Positions 1 to 10,331 of a stretch of DNA of 64,000 bases are shown in pieces; the stretch's first letter is position 1, and the number at the start of each line of letters is the position of its first letter. The stretch lies in the NCBI GenBank assembly GCA_963678315.1, contig OY782781.1:2624001-2688000 (forward strand), in the 5' to 3' direction. The translations under genes were made by a program, and so were the position numbers. Below the pieces are notes generated by a model. That model was not told the DNA's origin. It ran no database searches and saw nothing but the letters and a program-made list of their open reading frames with translations. This DNA comes from Candidatus Cloacimonadales bacterium (GTDB lineage Bacteria > Cloacimonadota > Cloacimonadia > Cloacimonadales > JAFGVF01).

Positions 1-94
1 AGGAATATACATCAATCATACCTTGAAAGGATAACTTTTACGTAAGCATGAACAAAGTTCAACTTTCAGTGGTTAGGCTCCAATTTGAAAAGAT

Positions 95-1510
95 CTAGCT
101 TATTGCTTTCATAAGCTTTTTTCGCCAAACTATACTTAGATAAAGTATAATCATTATACTAGATATAACAAAAGCAATAATAGTGTTATGTTGAGCAATT
201 ATATAATAAATCGTAATAAAGATTAATGTAGGAATAATATAGAATATAATTTTTAGTGTTGACTTTATCTTCTGCATATTCAGGACTTTAAATATTATGT
301 TTAAAAAGAAAAAATGAAGTAATACTGAGACGCTAGCATAGAGTTTTAGAGCAAAGATAAAACTTGTTTGATAACCTATATACAAGGCTAAACCCTTCAA
401 TATTATACTAAGAAGAGAATAAACTATTTCATAGTGCGGTTTCTCGAAAACATATGGTATAGAAGAGATTGGATTCATTAACATTGTAGATGCGAACGGA
501 AAAGCTAATATTGCAACTACAGGCAAAGCTTCAGTCCATTTATCCCCTAAAATATATGGTACAATATTAATTACAGCTATTACAAAGAGAAAGAACATGG
601 GAAAGGCTGTAAAGGTAACCAACCTGAAAAACTTACTGACTTTCTGAACTATCTCTGATTTACTGAGAAAAGTAAAGGTTGGGAATAAGACTTGATTAAG
701 AGAATTACAAGAAAGTACAACTATTTGTCCTACAAGTTGATTTGCTAAATAGTATATGCCAATATAGACTGGGTCATAAAGATAGCCTAGAATTATTACA
801 GGCAAATCACTTCCAATAATATTAACAAAATTATTGATAGAAGAATTTATCAAAAACTTTATGTTACCTGAAATCATTTCAAGCAGATTAAGCCAAGTTC
901 CAACAAAGAAAACTGCTTTTAGGGATTGCCAAACTAATTTTCTAAAATAGAAAACATAAGATACAAGTTCACTTATATTGCCTATATAAAAGACTATAAC
1001 TAAAGTTCTAATATCTAGTTTATGAAAAAAGAAGAAGACTATTAGAGAAGAATATACTACAACATTGAAGGTTTCTACAATAGCTAAGAATCTAAATTTT
1101 AACCTTTTTTGTGTATAAGCCCTGAACAGAGCTCTGAAAACTTCTATAATAACAAGTGGTGCTAATTGCCTAATTAAATCAGCTAGTACACTGCTATTAT
1201 AATAAAAACCTATGGGATTAGAAGTCAACCAGAGAATAGCAAAAGCCAAAAAACTGCTTATTACTGAAAAGCTAAATAGACTCTTAAAGTTCTTTTCAAT
1301 ATTATCCTTTTTGACAATCAGTATTTCCTTTAATCCCCAGAAGGACAGGTTAGTAAATATCACTAAAACAAGTGAAAACTCCCTAAATATTCCTAATTCA
1401 TCTTTGGTAATTGCCTTTGCTATTAAGAGAAAAACTGAAAACAGAATTGCTTTTCTCAGTATTGCAGAGAAGAAAGACCATTGAAAAGACTTTAAAGTAT
1501 TTCTAACCAT
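95..1510 (-). CDS. Oligosaccharide flippase (Wzx/MOP family)
   Basis: 471 aa, many hydrophobic segments; flippase-like motifs ('ITKDELGIF', 'IGIYYLANQL', 'ILGDKWTEALP'). Confidence 0.85.
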   Translation of the reverse strand: MVRNTLKSFQWSFFSAILRKAILFSVFLLIAKAITKDELGIFREFSLVLVIFTNLSFWGLKEILIVKKDNIEKNFKSLFSFSVISSFLAFAILWLTSNPIGFYYNSSVLADLIRQLAPLVIIEVFRALFRAYTQKRLKFRFLAIVETFNVVVYSSLIVFFFFHKLDIRTLVIVFYIGNISELVSYVFYFRKLVWQSLKAVFFVGTWLNLLEMISGNIKFLINSSINNFVNIIGSDLPVIILGYLYDPVYIGIYYLANQLVGQIVVLSCNSLNQVLFPTFTFLSKSEIVQKVSKFFRLVTFTAFPMFFLFVIAVINIVPYILGDKWTEALPVVAILAFPFASTMLMNPISSIPYVFEKPHYEIVYSLLSIILKGLALYIGYQTSFIFALKLYASVSVLLHFFFLNIIFKVLNMQKIKSTLKIIFYIIPTLIFITIYYIIAQHNTIIAFVISSIMIILYLSIVWRKKLMKAIS

Positions 1511-1515
1511 ACTAA

Positions 1516-2580
1516 TTAATTATGAGCAAACCATTCTTCTACTGATTCTTGAATATATTCTGCATCTGCATCAGTAACATTTGGAGCAACAAAAGAAGTT
1601 TCATTTGCAGGGAGATTAAATAGTTTCCTGTAGAAACAAGCTGAAGCAAGATAAGAACCTTGTGGAGAAGGGTGTGATCCATCTCCAGCATACAAGTTAA
1701 TTTCATAATCATCAACAAAAACTGAATTAAATACTTGTCCGACAGGGACAACTATAGCATCACATTCTTGTCCTGCTTGATTATAGGCAGCCGCCAAGCC
1801 TTCAATTTGGCTTTGGTCATATTCCCTAGCCCAAGTCATAAAGAAACAAGTTTGTGCTCCTGTTAAATCTATTACACTATCAAGTTTAGTAGCATAGGTT
1901 AAGAAATGCTCAGTATCCAAGATTGGCATTTGACTCTGTTCCTGCAATACAACAATATCCCAAGCTTCACTTTGAATTGCATTGATTGTATTCTGTGAAT
2001 TGAAATGATTTTCTAGTGTCATTCCTCCACCAGTAATAGCTAAAGTTTCCAGCTCAATATCTTGTCCTGAGCTGCTTGCATATTCTCTTAACATATTATC
2101 TAAACCATTGTTATAATAGGTGTAAGAATTCCCTATAAATAGTATTCTGCTCGGCAAAGCTTCTACAATTTCCCAATCAACATTAATTGTAACAGAACCA
2201 GTAATATCATTGATAAGCAGAGTTAGATTAACTTCAGATTCTTGCCCAGGCAAAATCTCTACTTGGGCATTTCCTTCAGCTACAAGATATTCATTAGAAT
2301 AAAGTTGAACTAATAAGTCCCATATCCCTGGCTCAAGTCCATCAACTGTTACACTGGCATTTGAATCTTGAATTAGCATAGACCTTTCAACCTCAAGGTC
2401 ACCTTTACTCAATTTAACTATACCTGAAGTAACATCAACATCAAGTTCTTCCAAGGGAGCAAGTGAAAATTCTATTGGTAAAGAACCAGATTCATCACTA
2501 ATTGGGTTTGTTGAATCCTCACATCCCACCATAAAGATAAGTGCAAGAATTACTATCAAAAGATATAAGTATTTCTTCAT
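1516..2580 (-). CDS. Lipoprotein with C-terminal SGNH/GDSL-type hydrolase domain
   Basis: Lipobox 'FMVGC'; 'ILFIGNSYT', 'WDIVVLQEQS' and 'DGSHP' motifs. Confidence 0.8.
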   Translation of the reverse strand: MKKYLYLLIVILALIFMVGCEDSTNPISDESGSLPIEFSLAPLEELDVDVTSGIVKLSKGDLEVERSMLIQDSNASVTVDGLEPGIWDLLVQLYSNEYLVAEGNAQVEILPGQESEVNLTLLINDITGSVTINVDWEIVEALPSRILFIGNSYTYYNNGLDNMLREYASSSGQDIELETLAITGGGMTLENHFNSQNTINAIQSEAWDIVVLQEQSQMPILDTEHFLTYATKLDSVIDLTGAQTCFFMTWAREYDQSQIEGLAAAYNQAGQECDAIVVPVGQVFNSVFVDDYEINLYAGDGSHPSPQGSYLASACFYRKLFNLPANETSFVAPNVTDADAEYIQESVEEWFAHN

Positions 2581-2590
2581 TGCTGTTTAC

Positions 2591-2959
2591 CTATTTGCTT
2601 GAATGGAGGCCAAGTCTATTTCCTTCAGTATCATGAAAGACAGCATAGAAACCATGGTCTCCTAAGTCTGTCTTTTTAATCTCTATTTTACCACCAGCAG
2701 CTTCAACTCTGCTAAGAATATTATTTAGGTCTTCCCCACCATCAAAATAAGGAAAGAAACCTATTTTAGAAGGTGTTTGTCCTGGTCCAGCTACTAAAGA
2801 ACCAGTAGCTTTTTCTGTTTGAAATATCGCCATTTTATATTCTCCAGCTTCAATCAAAGAGATATCGATTTGAAAAATTGATTCATAGAATAACTTTGCT
2901 CTATCGATATCAATAACTGGAATATCAAACCAGTGTACTTGTCCTATCATATCTACCAC
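2591..2959 (-). CDS. VOC (glyoxalase/bleomycin-resistance) family protein; true start possibly ATG at 2950
   Basis: 'WFDIPV..DRAKLFY' and 'F.DTEGNRLGL' motifs. Confidence 0.9.
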   Translation of the reverse strand: MVDMIGQVHWFDIPVIDIDRAKLFYESIFQIDISLIEAGEYKMAIFQTEKATGSLVAGPGQTPSKIGFFPYFDGGEDLNNILSRVEAAGGKIEIKKTDLGDHGFYAVFHDTEGNRLGLHSSK

Positions 2960-3757
2960 CTATAAATTATAAAGGTCTGTTCTCCTATCAGCAAAGGCAT
3001 CATTGTATTCAGTAACGCTTTTGTTAAGAGCATCTGCTGGATTTATTCTTGTGAAGATAATTGTTTCTTCTACTTTGTTCAATGATTTTAAAACTTCACC
3101 CTTTGTATTAAGTATCTGACTCATACCGGTAAAATATAGCTCTTTTTCACCATTGATTTCAGTACCGATTCTGTTAGATGTAATACTAAAAACTCTATTT
3201 TCTAAAGAGCGAATTGTCATTGCCTTCTGACACCAAGGCAAGACTAAGTTAGCAGGATGAGCAATAATTTGAGCACCATTGAGAGCTAATGATCTTGCTG
3301 ATTCAGGGAACTGCCAATCAAAGCAAATCATCATTCCAACTTTAACTCCCCCCTTAGCAGGGAATACACCAAAACCACTATCTCCAGGTTCAAAGAATAA
3401 TTTTTCTTCAAAAAAAAGATGCGTTTTCCTGTAAGTAAAGATAGTTCCATCAGGATTAAACAAGGAGCAAGAATTATAAATTTTATCACCATCTCTTTCT
3501 ACAAATCCTACTACAAATGAACAATCTCTTTCTTGAGCTAAACGAGTAAAGAGCCTAGCAGTAACTCCATCTATAGCATCCTCTGCAACACTTTCAACTT
3601 CTTCCTTTGTATTAAATACATAACCTGAAGTAGCTAATTCTGGTAATACAACTAAATCAGCTTCAACATCTTCTAACATTGTTCTGAGACTATTTAAATT
3701 CTTTTCGACATTTAACAAACTAGGTTTAAACTGTAAGACTCCAACTTTATACATCAA
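2960..3757 (-). CDS. Nitrilase-family carbon-nitrogen hydrolase
   Basis: E-K-C triad contexts 'VLPEL', 'YRKTHL', 'ICFDWQFPE'. Confidence 0.92.
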   Translation of the reverse strand: MMYKVGVLQFKPSLLNVEKNLNSLRTMLEDVEADLVVLPELATSGYVFNTKEEVESVAEDAIDGVTARLFTRLAQERDCSFVVGFVERDGDKIYNSCSLFNPDGTIFTYRKTHLFFEEKLFFEPGDSGFGVFPAKGGVKVGMMICFDWQFPESARSLALNGAQIIAHPANLVLPWCQKAMTIRSLENRVFSITSNRIGTEINGEKELYFTGMSQILNTKGEVLKSLNKVEETIIFTRINPADALNKSVTEYNDAFADRRTDLYNL

Positions 3758-3767
3758 AACTCTCCTT

Positions 3768-4913
3768 CTAATATTTCCATGGTAATAGAAAATCTTTTAT
3801 TTCTTCATTATAATATCTATCAGTCATTGTTGCTATAAAATCTCTTACATATTGCTCATTTGAGAATTTATTTTTATAAGCATCATTTTTGTGATTTAAG
3901 AAATGAATAAAGATCTTTGAATCCTCATTTCCTGCTTTCAAATCTTCCATATATTTCTCAAAAAGAATTTCCATTGTTCTATTAATAATACTATTAGCAT
4001 GTTTTACATTTTCATCTGTATATATATATTTATAGTTAAACTGTTTAAGTTTTAAAAGATACTTTGAGGTATCTTCGTCAAAAGCTATATGCTCTTTATC
4101 AAAACTATTAACAATAACACTTTTTACCAAGGTATCAATTATTTGACTGTTTGAGGCTCCCAAATAATCAGTACAATCTTTTGGTAACTGCTCAGGCTTT
4201 AATATCTTATATCTAAAAGCATCTTCAATATCTTGACCAATGTAAGCGATTGTATCGGATATTCTAACTACACAACCTTCCATAGTAGCTGGCATCCAGA
4301 GAACATTTTGGTCTTCTGTCTTTTTAGCAATATAGTTCTGAATATGACTTTCTTGTTTTGTTCTATCAGGCCTTAGAACTGTATTATGAACCTCTCCATC
4401 ATGAGAAATAATACCATCTCTTACTTGGAAAGTTAAGTTCATCCCCCTACCTTTTTTGGCTATATGGTCTACAATTTGTAGAGATTCAATATTGTGATGG
4501 AAAGAACCAATCCCATGTGCTCGACATATCTTAGATAATGCACGTTCACCATCATGACCAAATGGACAATGACCTAAATCATGTCCCAAGGCTATAGCTT
4601 CAATCAATTCAAGATTCAACCTCAAGGCTTTACCAATAGTTCTTGATATTTGAGAAACATAAGTTGTATGAAGATTTCTATTAGTCATCTCTTCATCTAT
4701 TAAGTTGGTGAAAGAGAATACTTGCGTCTTACCATGATATCTTCGATAAGAACCACTATACAAGATTCTATCTCTATCTAAAGCAAAATTAGTTCTTATA
4801 TGTTCTTTAGGTTCTGGTAATTTACGAAATGCTTCTGTATCTCTAAAAGCGTAATCAGATAAATTTTCATAGTTATTCTCTGCAATTATCTTAAAAATCT
4901 CTTTCTTATCCAT
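3768..4913 (-). CDS. HD-domain dNTP triphosphohydrolase (dGTPase-like)
   Basis: 'DRDRI', 'KTQVF', 'GHDLGH.PFGH.GE', 'D.IA.MTD' motifs. Confidence 0.88.
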   Translation of the reverse strand: MDKKEIFKIIAENNYENLSDYAFRDTEAFRKLPEPKEHIRTNFALDRDRILYSGSYRRYHGKTQVFSFTNLIDEEMTNRNLHTTYVSQISRTIGKALRLNLELIEAIALGHDLGHCPFGHDGERALSKICRAHGIGSFHHNIESLQIVDHIAKKGRGMNLTFQVRDGIISHDGEVHNTVLRPDRTKQESHIQNYIAKKTEDQNVLWMPATMEGCVVRISDTIAYIGQDIEDAFRYKILKPEQLPKDCTDYLGASNSQIIDTLVKSVIVNSFDKEHIAFDEDTSKYLLKLKQFNYKYIYTDENVKHANSIINRTMEILFEKYMEDLKAGNEDSKIFIHFLNHKNDAYKNKFSNEQYVRDFIATMTDRYYNEEIKDFLLPWKY

Positions 4914-4949
4914 ATTAACCTCTTACTAGATGTTATAATTTCTTTATAC

Positions 4950-5591
4950 TTAGATTTTTCGGTAAAACATGAAGCGAGGAGGAAAACCTTCTGCTTCTTT
5001 TACGTTCTCGAAATATGTTTCTATATGATTAGCCTGTCTTTCAAAAGTAAATCCATTTTCAAACAATGATTCGAATTTATCACTTTCCCCAAAGTGCTCA
5101 ACTATCCACTCAGAATAATCTGGATGATCTGTGGCTATTTCAACATTAGCCCCATGTTTCAACATAAGATTAAGGACTTCTATAAAGTCTTTATTTATCA
5201 ATCTATTTTTATGATGTCTCTTCTTTGGCCATGGGTCAGGATGTTGAATAAAAATCTTAGCTATTGACTCTTTTGGAAAGACATTTATAATATTCTTATC
5301 TACAAACTGATGCATTAATCTAACATTTGTATGAATTTCAAAATCTAATTTTTTCATTATAGAATAAATTCTATTGGGTTTTAACTCTATTCCAATAAAA
5401 TTTATTTCAGGATGTTGTTTTGCTTTCTCTGTTAAAAAATATCCATTCCCAGAACCTATTTCTAGATAAACAGGGTTATCATTCCCGAAAACTTCACTAA
5501 AACTTATTAGCTCATTTTCTTTAGGTTCAAGTAAAAATTTTTCTGCTCTTATATCGTAATCTGCAGGTTTCTTTACTTTTCTTCTACTCAA
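4950..5591 (-). CDS. trmB: tRNA (guanine-N7)-methyltransferase
   Basis: 'LEIGSGNG', 'PDPWPKKRHHKNRL', 'ATD', 'TYFE'. Confidence 0.95.
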   Translation of the reverse strand: MSRRKVKKPADYDIRAEKFLLEPKENELISFSEVFGNDNPVYLEIGSGNGYFLTEKAKQHPEINFIGIELKPNRIYSIMKKLDFEIHTNVRLMHQFVDKNIINVFPKESIAKIFIQHPDPWPKKRHHKNRLINKDFIEVLNLMLKHGANVEIATDHPDYSEWIVEHFGESDKFESLFENGFTFERQANHIETYFENVKEAEGFPPRFMFYRKI

Positions 5592-6166
5592 CTATTTTCA
5601 CCTCTTGATATTTGATCATGTACTACTAACCCTACTCCAAAACAAAAACCTATGAAGAGATATATGTTAAATCCTTCTGTCAGAATTTGCTTTATTATAG
5701 CCATATCTAGACTCTTTCCTAAAGTCATAAATATGATAATATGCCCTATTGAATAGGCTAATATCCCTCCAATAATAAATATAAAATTCCTAAAGCGTGC
5801 TAGACTCTCTACAAAATATGCTTTTAATATCACTATATCTAGAATCATTAAAATTATTAAATCCATAATTATTCGCGACACATATTCTATGTCCATACTC
5901 TTTATATTCTGATTGACCGATAATGCCAAAATAGGAGCTAATACTAATACAAGAATATGACTAACAAGGGATAAATTCCTGTTATGAAAGATATAAAACA
6001 ATGAAGAAATCACACCGAATGTTATCAGATATCTAGCAGAGCTTACAAACTGTTCAACTTCAAAGTTCTTTATTGAAAATATAAAGTAACTTATCCCATA
6101 TAATGCCAAACTAGAAATCAATACAAGCAAAATATCTGCTAAGACTAACCTAATATTATCTTTCAT
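5588..6166 (-). CDS. Hypothetical integral membrane protein (about 6 TM)
   Basis: Hydrophobic segments; GGAG Shine-Dalgarno; 4-nt overlap with trmB start. Confidence 0.7.
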   Translation of the reverse strand: MKDNIRLVLADILLVLISSLALYGISYFIFSIKNFEVEQFVSSARYLITFGVISSLFYIFHNRNLSLVSHILVLVLAPILALSVNQNIKSMDIEYVSRIIMDLIILMILDIVILKAYFVESLARFRNFIFIIGGILAYSIGHIIIFMTLGKSLDMAIIKQILTEGFNIYLFIGFCFGVGLVVHDQISRGENS

Positions 6167-6203
6167 TATATCTCCTATTTTATAAATACTAAGTGTTTAA
6201 GTC

Positions 6204-6231
6204 ATTATAGCATGTAAGAGATATTTGGCAA
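6204..6231 (-). promoter_or_regulatory. Putative sigma70 promoter of the left housekeeping operon
   Basis: TTGCCA-16 nt-TATAAT with extended -10 (TGcTATAAT) on minus strand. Confidence 0.6.
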
Positions 6232-6289
6232 GATTAAAATATTTATTTCATCAGAGGAAAAGTCTTTTTTGAATAGTCTAGGCACCTTT

Positions 6290-6475
6290 ACAGCCTATTA
6301 GCCCAAGGCTGTGCTATGAGAAGTTTTCAAAACATCTCTACCTGGGTATTCAAGCTTCTAGCTTGTATCTGAGACGTTCTGCCGAACCTCTCTACAATAC
6401 CATGTTACTCCATCCTTACTGGTCTCCTTGAAAATTTGGCCTTTTTTCAAGGTGGCAAGTAAGGGTCAACTATGA
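6290..6475. repeat. Array of abutting REP-like imperfect palindromes
   Basis: Hairpins at 6290-6317, 6318-6341, 6342-6365, 6371-6395 and 6421-6456; two read GTAG+palindrome on the minus strand. Confidence 0.6.
6421..6475 (+). repeat. 55-bp direct repeat, copy 1 (identical to 49572-49626)
   Basis: ggtctccttgaaaatttggccttttttcaaggtggcaagtaagggtcaactatga read at both loci. Confidence 0.95.
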
Positions 6476-6497
6476 AAGAATCATTTTAGTAATAAGG

Positions 6498-9400
6498 TTA
6501 AATTCTTATCCCTACAACCGTTATATCATCTCTTTGAGAATGTTGACTATGGCAATCAGAGATTGTCTTAGATAACCCATCTTTAGCAGTAGCAAGACTA
6601 ATATTTCTATGTTGATTGATAAAGTCTATGAGTCCTTTTTGTTTAAATCTTTTTCTAGCACCGTCTTCAATTACAGCCATATCATAGATTCCATCTGTTG
6701 AAAGATATAATTCAATTTGATTATCATAACTCAATTGGAAGGCTTCGAAAGGTATATCTTTTGTATCACCTATACTTCTTTTTGTACCTTTAATAACTTG
6801 TAATTTTTCATTATCTTTCCTGAGAAACATATTGCATCTAGCTCCAATAAACTCAATCTCTTTGATAGTCTTATCGATTAGAACAATGCCAATATCAAGT
6901 CCAGCTTTTAAACCTGTATCTTTATCTCTAACTAAATTCCGGATACGATTATCAATTTCTTCAAGGCATTCATTAATTGAACTAAATTTACTATCCTTGA
7001 GAACATTATTCATAATAGAATTAGCAGCAATTGTCAAAAGTGCTCCAGGAACGCCGTGTCCTGTACAATCAACAACTGCACAGATAGCCCTATCCTTGTC
7101 TATTTGATAGAACCAGATAAAGTCACCACTTACTCTATCTTTTGGAAGATAGATAGAGAAGTATTCTTTTACGAAATTGCACACCTCTTTATCAGAAGGC
7201 AAGATAGATCTCTGCAGGGTCGCTGCATAGGTTATTGAGCTATTAATAAGATTGTTACTTTTCATAACTTCCAGCTTTTCTTCTTCTAATTCCTGGGTTC
7301 GGATAAGGACTAGTTCTTCTAACTTCTCCTTTGATTTGTTTAAATATCTAACCCTATATTTAATTATGAAAATAATTAGCATAGTGACTAAAAGTAGAAC
7401 GATTAATGTGTAAATAATTATCTTAATTATGTTTGGTATAACAACAAAAGGAATTGATTTTTGTTCAATAATATTACCTGAGGGGGATAAAATTCTTAAC
7501 TTTAATGTATATCTACCTAGAGGGAGGATACCATAGTCCTTAAAATTGTTTTTACTAAAGGTAGACCAATCGTCATCATATCCTTCTAGCCAGAAGCTAT
7601 ATTCAACACTTCTAAGATTGTTTAGGGAGTTGTATGAAGCGAATACCTTCACCTTATTCTTATCTGAATACTCAAAAATAACACTTCGATAATCATTGAA
7701 TATACTTTTGTACAAACGCGTATTTAGATTAGAATATAATATTCTTGTTTGTACATTTGATTCAACAATAATACTATAATCTCCATCTGTTGGTTCTTTG
7801 AACTTGTAAACACCTCCATCCGTTACTAAAATGAATGTGTTATTTTTAAGTATTGTACATCTACAAATTTGATCAGGTAAATAGTCATTGGTATCATAAG
7901 TTGTAAACCTATCCAACTCTTCAATATATTTTAGCAAATTATGTTGTTGCACAATCCATAATTTATCATTTTTATCAACTAGTACATCCCAAATATAATC
8001 AATTTTATCTCTTTCAGAACTAGCTATTTCAATAGCTTTATCGTTCTTCAGTTGCCATACCTTGGATAGATTTCTGCAATAACAATAAACAGATTGACCA
8101 GCATGCAGCAGTTTAACTTCTTGTTTTTTTAGCAAAGGCAGGCCAATATTGATTACTTTTGAAAAATCATTATTCATACAGCCTTCTAAAGGCACTTTAC
8201 AAATACTTGTTCCACTACTATCAGGATATGTTACATACAAAGTATCGTTAAAACAATAAATGTTCGCATAGTTATTATCAGGTAGATAGATAAAGTCTTT
8301 GTAGCTTAGCGAAAAGTACTTAATATTTCCATTAGTAAGTTCAAAAGGTATTAAATCACCTTTAGGAACCCTCACAGAACTTATCGTATCGGATTTATTT
8401 ATGAGTTCTTTGACATATAATGTTCCGTTTTCAAGAAGATATACTGTTGTTGCAGAATGATAAAGAAATGTCGACTCATCTAATTTTATCTTACCAGTAA
8501 TTGTTTCAGGTATTTTTAAAGCCACCTGCATAGAATCAACTTGCTTTTCTATTTGTTTAAAATTATCTTTATGAAGACAATTGAACTCATTGATATAATG
8601 TAAATATTTATATTTCATTTCTTTGTTATTAAAATTGATTGGATATAATTTATAGTCTAAAGTATCGATACTGAGTAAACTTAATGAATCTTCAGAAACA
8701 AAATCTGCATGAACTCCATCTACAACCCTATAAAATCCTCGAATTTCATATTCAAACCTTGATTCTCTAGATGATATCATAGCTTTTAAATCTAGTACCC
8801 TAGTCCCTTCTGAGCTAAAAATGAAACATAAATCTTTATTAACATAAACTTCATGAGGGCTATCATTAAATGGATAGTCAATAATTATAAATGAAGAATC
8901 TGACTTAACAATTATTTGACTATTTTTCCTGCTTGTTAATGTTAATGAGTACTCATCTTTTTTATAATAAGACAGTTGTGTAAACCTGTAAGAACTTGCT
9001 AGCTTTTTTTTACTATTAATATCAATTGTTTTATACATAATCTCATTATCATAGTTAGGACCAGGGAAAGTATAAAATGTCTCAATTAAACCATTTTTTA
9101 GTATTTTTAGACTACGAGATATTTTTGAAATAAATATTAACTCATTATCATATTCATATAGTTTATTATTACTAGCAAAATTACGTATACCCCAAAGATA
9201 GTCTTTCCCTTCAAATTGGTTTCTAATTTTATTTATAGCAGCATCCCAATTATTGCTTATGGTAAAATACACATCCTTAGCTGTAACATCTACATCAATA
9301 ATAGTTCTATCTCCTAGTTTTTTAGCCAGATTCCTGTCTATTTTAAAGTTATCTATGTTGTACAAGCTTGTTGCAGGTTTTTTACTCTCACCAAAAATAT

Positions 9401-10331
9401 CAAAAATTACAAGACTTTCATTATTAACTTTTACAACTCTTTGTAAACAGTCATCTGCTTTAATAATAACTTTCTTTTCAATTTCTCCTTTAGATATTTT
9501 CCAAAATACAGTACTTTCCTTCGTCTCATAATACACAACAAAAGAATTGCCTTTACTTTCACATACCTTGATATCATTCGTAGATAATAACCCAAAGTCG
9601 ATTGGATATTCTGCAACCCCATTCTCTCCCCAATATAGATATTTATCTTGCAGTAAGATTAGCATGTTCCCATTACTATTGATTGTGTGTTTAATTATAT
9701 CTTTGCTGTTGGGAATTACAAACCTTGATTCACTTACTGGTAATCCATTATGGTCAATTTCACTATTTTGGTAGAAATCTTCATTATTTTCAATCCTATA
9801 TATATAAGATTCATTTTCTAAATAAATAACTTTGTTGCAATCAGAGTGTATTCTCCTTGATTGTTGTATGTTGTAGCTGCTTATTGATCTATCATTTACT
9901 AATCGTACACTTTGTCCAAAAACTTTTATATAATTATCATTTTCAAAGAAGATAATATCCCTCAATGTATCAATAACAGTCAGATCTTTTTTAATCTCTT
10001 CTTCAAAAATTTGTAGAGGATATTCTTTATAAATATGAGATTGATCAAAGAATTCATAGCCATTGAAAAAATAAAACTTATCAGGATCAGCCCCTTCTCC
10101 TTTCTTTCTAAAAATAGCAAAGTTATCTTTAGTCACTCCCACTAGTTCATCTAGAATAGGATTACCATTTTTGTGAAGAAAAGAAGTGGTGTAAAGAAAT
10201 GGTTTATCTTCTTTTGTTATATGTATAGCATTTTCATATATATCACTATATTCCGAATTTACCTCGTTAAGAGCACATTCCAGGCTAGTAAACATAAGTA
10301 TAATCAAGCAAATTAAGATTATGTGTTTCAT
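6498..10331 (-). CDS. Membrane sensor PP2C/SpoIIE phosphatase (SiaA-like): signal peptide, large extracytoplasmic region, Y_Y_Y-like domain, TM, phosphatase
   Basis: 'YSFWLEGYDDDWS' Y_Y_Y-like; TM 'IIIYTLIVLLLV'; 'VSGDF', 'DCTGHGVPGA', 'STDG', 'QRDDIT'. Confidence 0.88.
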   Translation of the reverse strand: MKHIILICLIILMFTSLECALNEVNSEYSDIYENAIHITKEDKPFLYTTSFLHKNGNPILDELVGVTKDNFAIFRKKGEGADPDKFYFFNGYEFFDQSHIYKEYPLQIFEEEIKKDLTVIDTLRDIIFFENDNYIKVFGQSVRLVNDRSISSYNIQQSRRIHSDCNKVIYLENESYIYRIENNEDFYQNSEIDHNGLPVSESRFVIPNSKDIIKHTINSNGNMLILLQDKYLYWGENGVAEYPIDFGLLSTNDIKVCESKGNSFVVYYETKESTVFWKISKGEIEKKVIIKADDCLQRVVKVNNESLVIFDIFGESKKPATSLYNIDNFKIDRNLAKKLGDRTIIDVDVTAKDVYFTISNNWDAAINKIRNQFEGKDYLWGIRNFASNNKLYEYDNELIFISKISRSLKILKNGLIETFYTFPGPNYDNEIMYKTIDINSKKKLASSYRFTQLSYYKKDEYSLTLTSRKNSQIIVKSDSSFIIIDYPFNDSPHEVYVNKDLCFIFSSEGTRVLDLKAMISSRESRFEYEIRGFYRVVDGVHADFVSEDSLSLLSIDTLDYKLYPINFNNKEMKYKYLHYINEFNCLHKDNFKQIEKQVDSMQVALKIPETITGKIKLDESTFLYHSATTVYLLENGTLYVKELINKSDTISSVRVPKGDLIPFELTNGNIKYFSLSYKDFIYLPDNNYANIYCFNDTLYVTYPDSSGTSICKVPLEGCMNNDFSKVINIGLPLLKKQEVKLLHAGQSVYCYCRNLSKVWQLKNDKAIEIASSERDKIDYIWDVLVDKNDKLWIVQQHNLLKYIEELDRFTTYDTNDYLPDQICRCTILKNNTFILVTDGGVYKFKEPTDGDYSIIVESNVQTRILYSNLNTRLYKSIFNDYRSVIFEYSDKNKVKVFASYNSLNNLRSVEYSFWLEGYDDDWSTFSKNNFKDYGILPLGRYTLKLRILSPSGNIIEQKSIPFVVIPNIIKIIIYTLIVLLLVTMLIIFIIKYRVRYLNKSKEKLEELVLIRTQELEEEKLEVMKSNNLINSSITYAATLQRSILPSDKEVCNFVKEYFSIYLPKDRVSGDFIWFYQIDKDRAICAVVDCTGHGVPGALLTIAANSIMNNVLKDSKFSSINECLEEIDNRIRNLVRDKDTGLKAGLDIGIVLIDKTIKEIEFIGARCNMFLRKDNEKLQVIKGTKRSIGDTKDIPFEAFQLSYDNQIELYLSTDGIYDMAVIEDGARKRFKQKGLIDFINQHRNISLATAKDGLSKTISDCHSQHSQRDDITVVGIRI
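6502..7243. repeat. About 740-bp near-identical duplication of the phosphatase domain (partner 10332-11073)
   Basis: Ungapped match at offset 3830, about 23 mismatches by manual count. Confidence 0.92.

Noticed and set aside
6290..6475. CRISPR array
   Set aside because: No repeated unit with regular spacers; no cas genes
6832..7238. Plus-strand ORFs conserved at 10620-11068
   Set aside because: Shadow ORFs; their similarity simply follows from the duplicated phosphatase DNA
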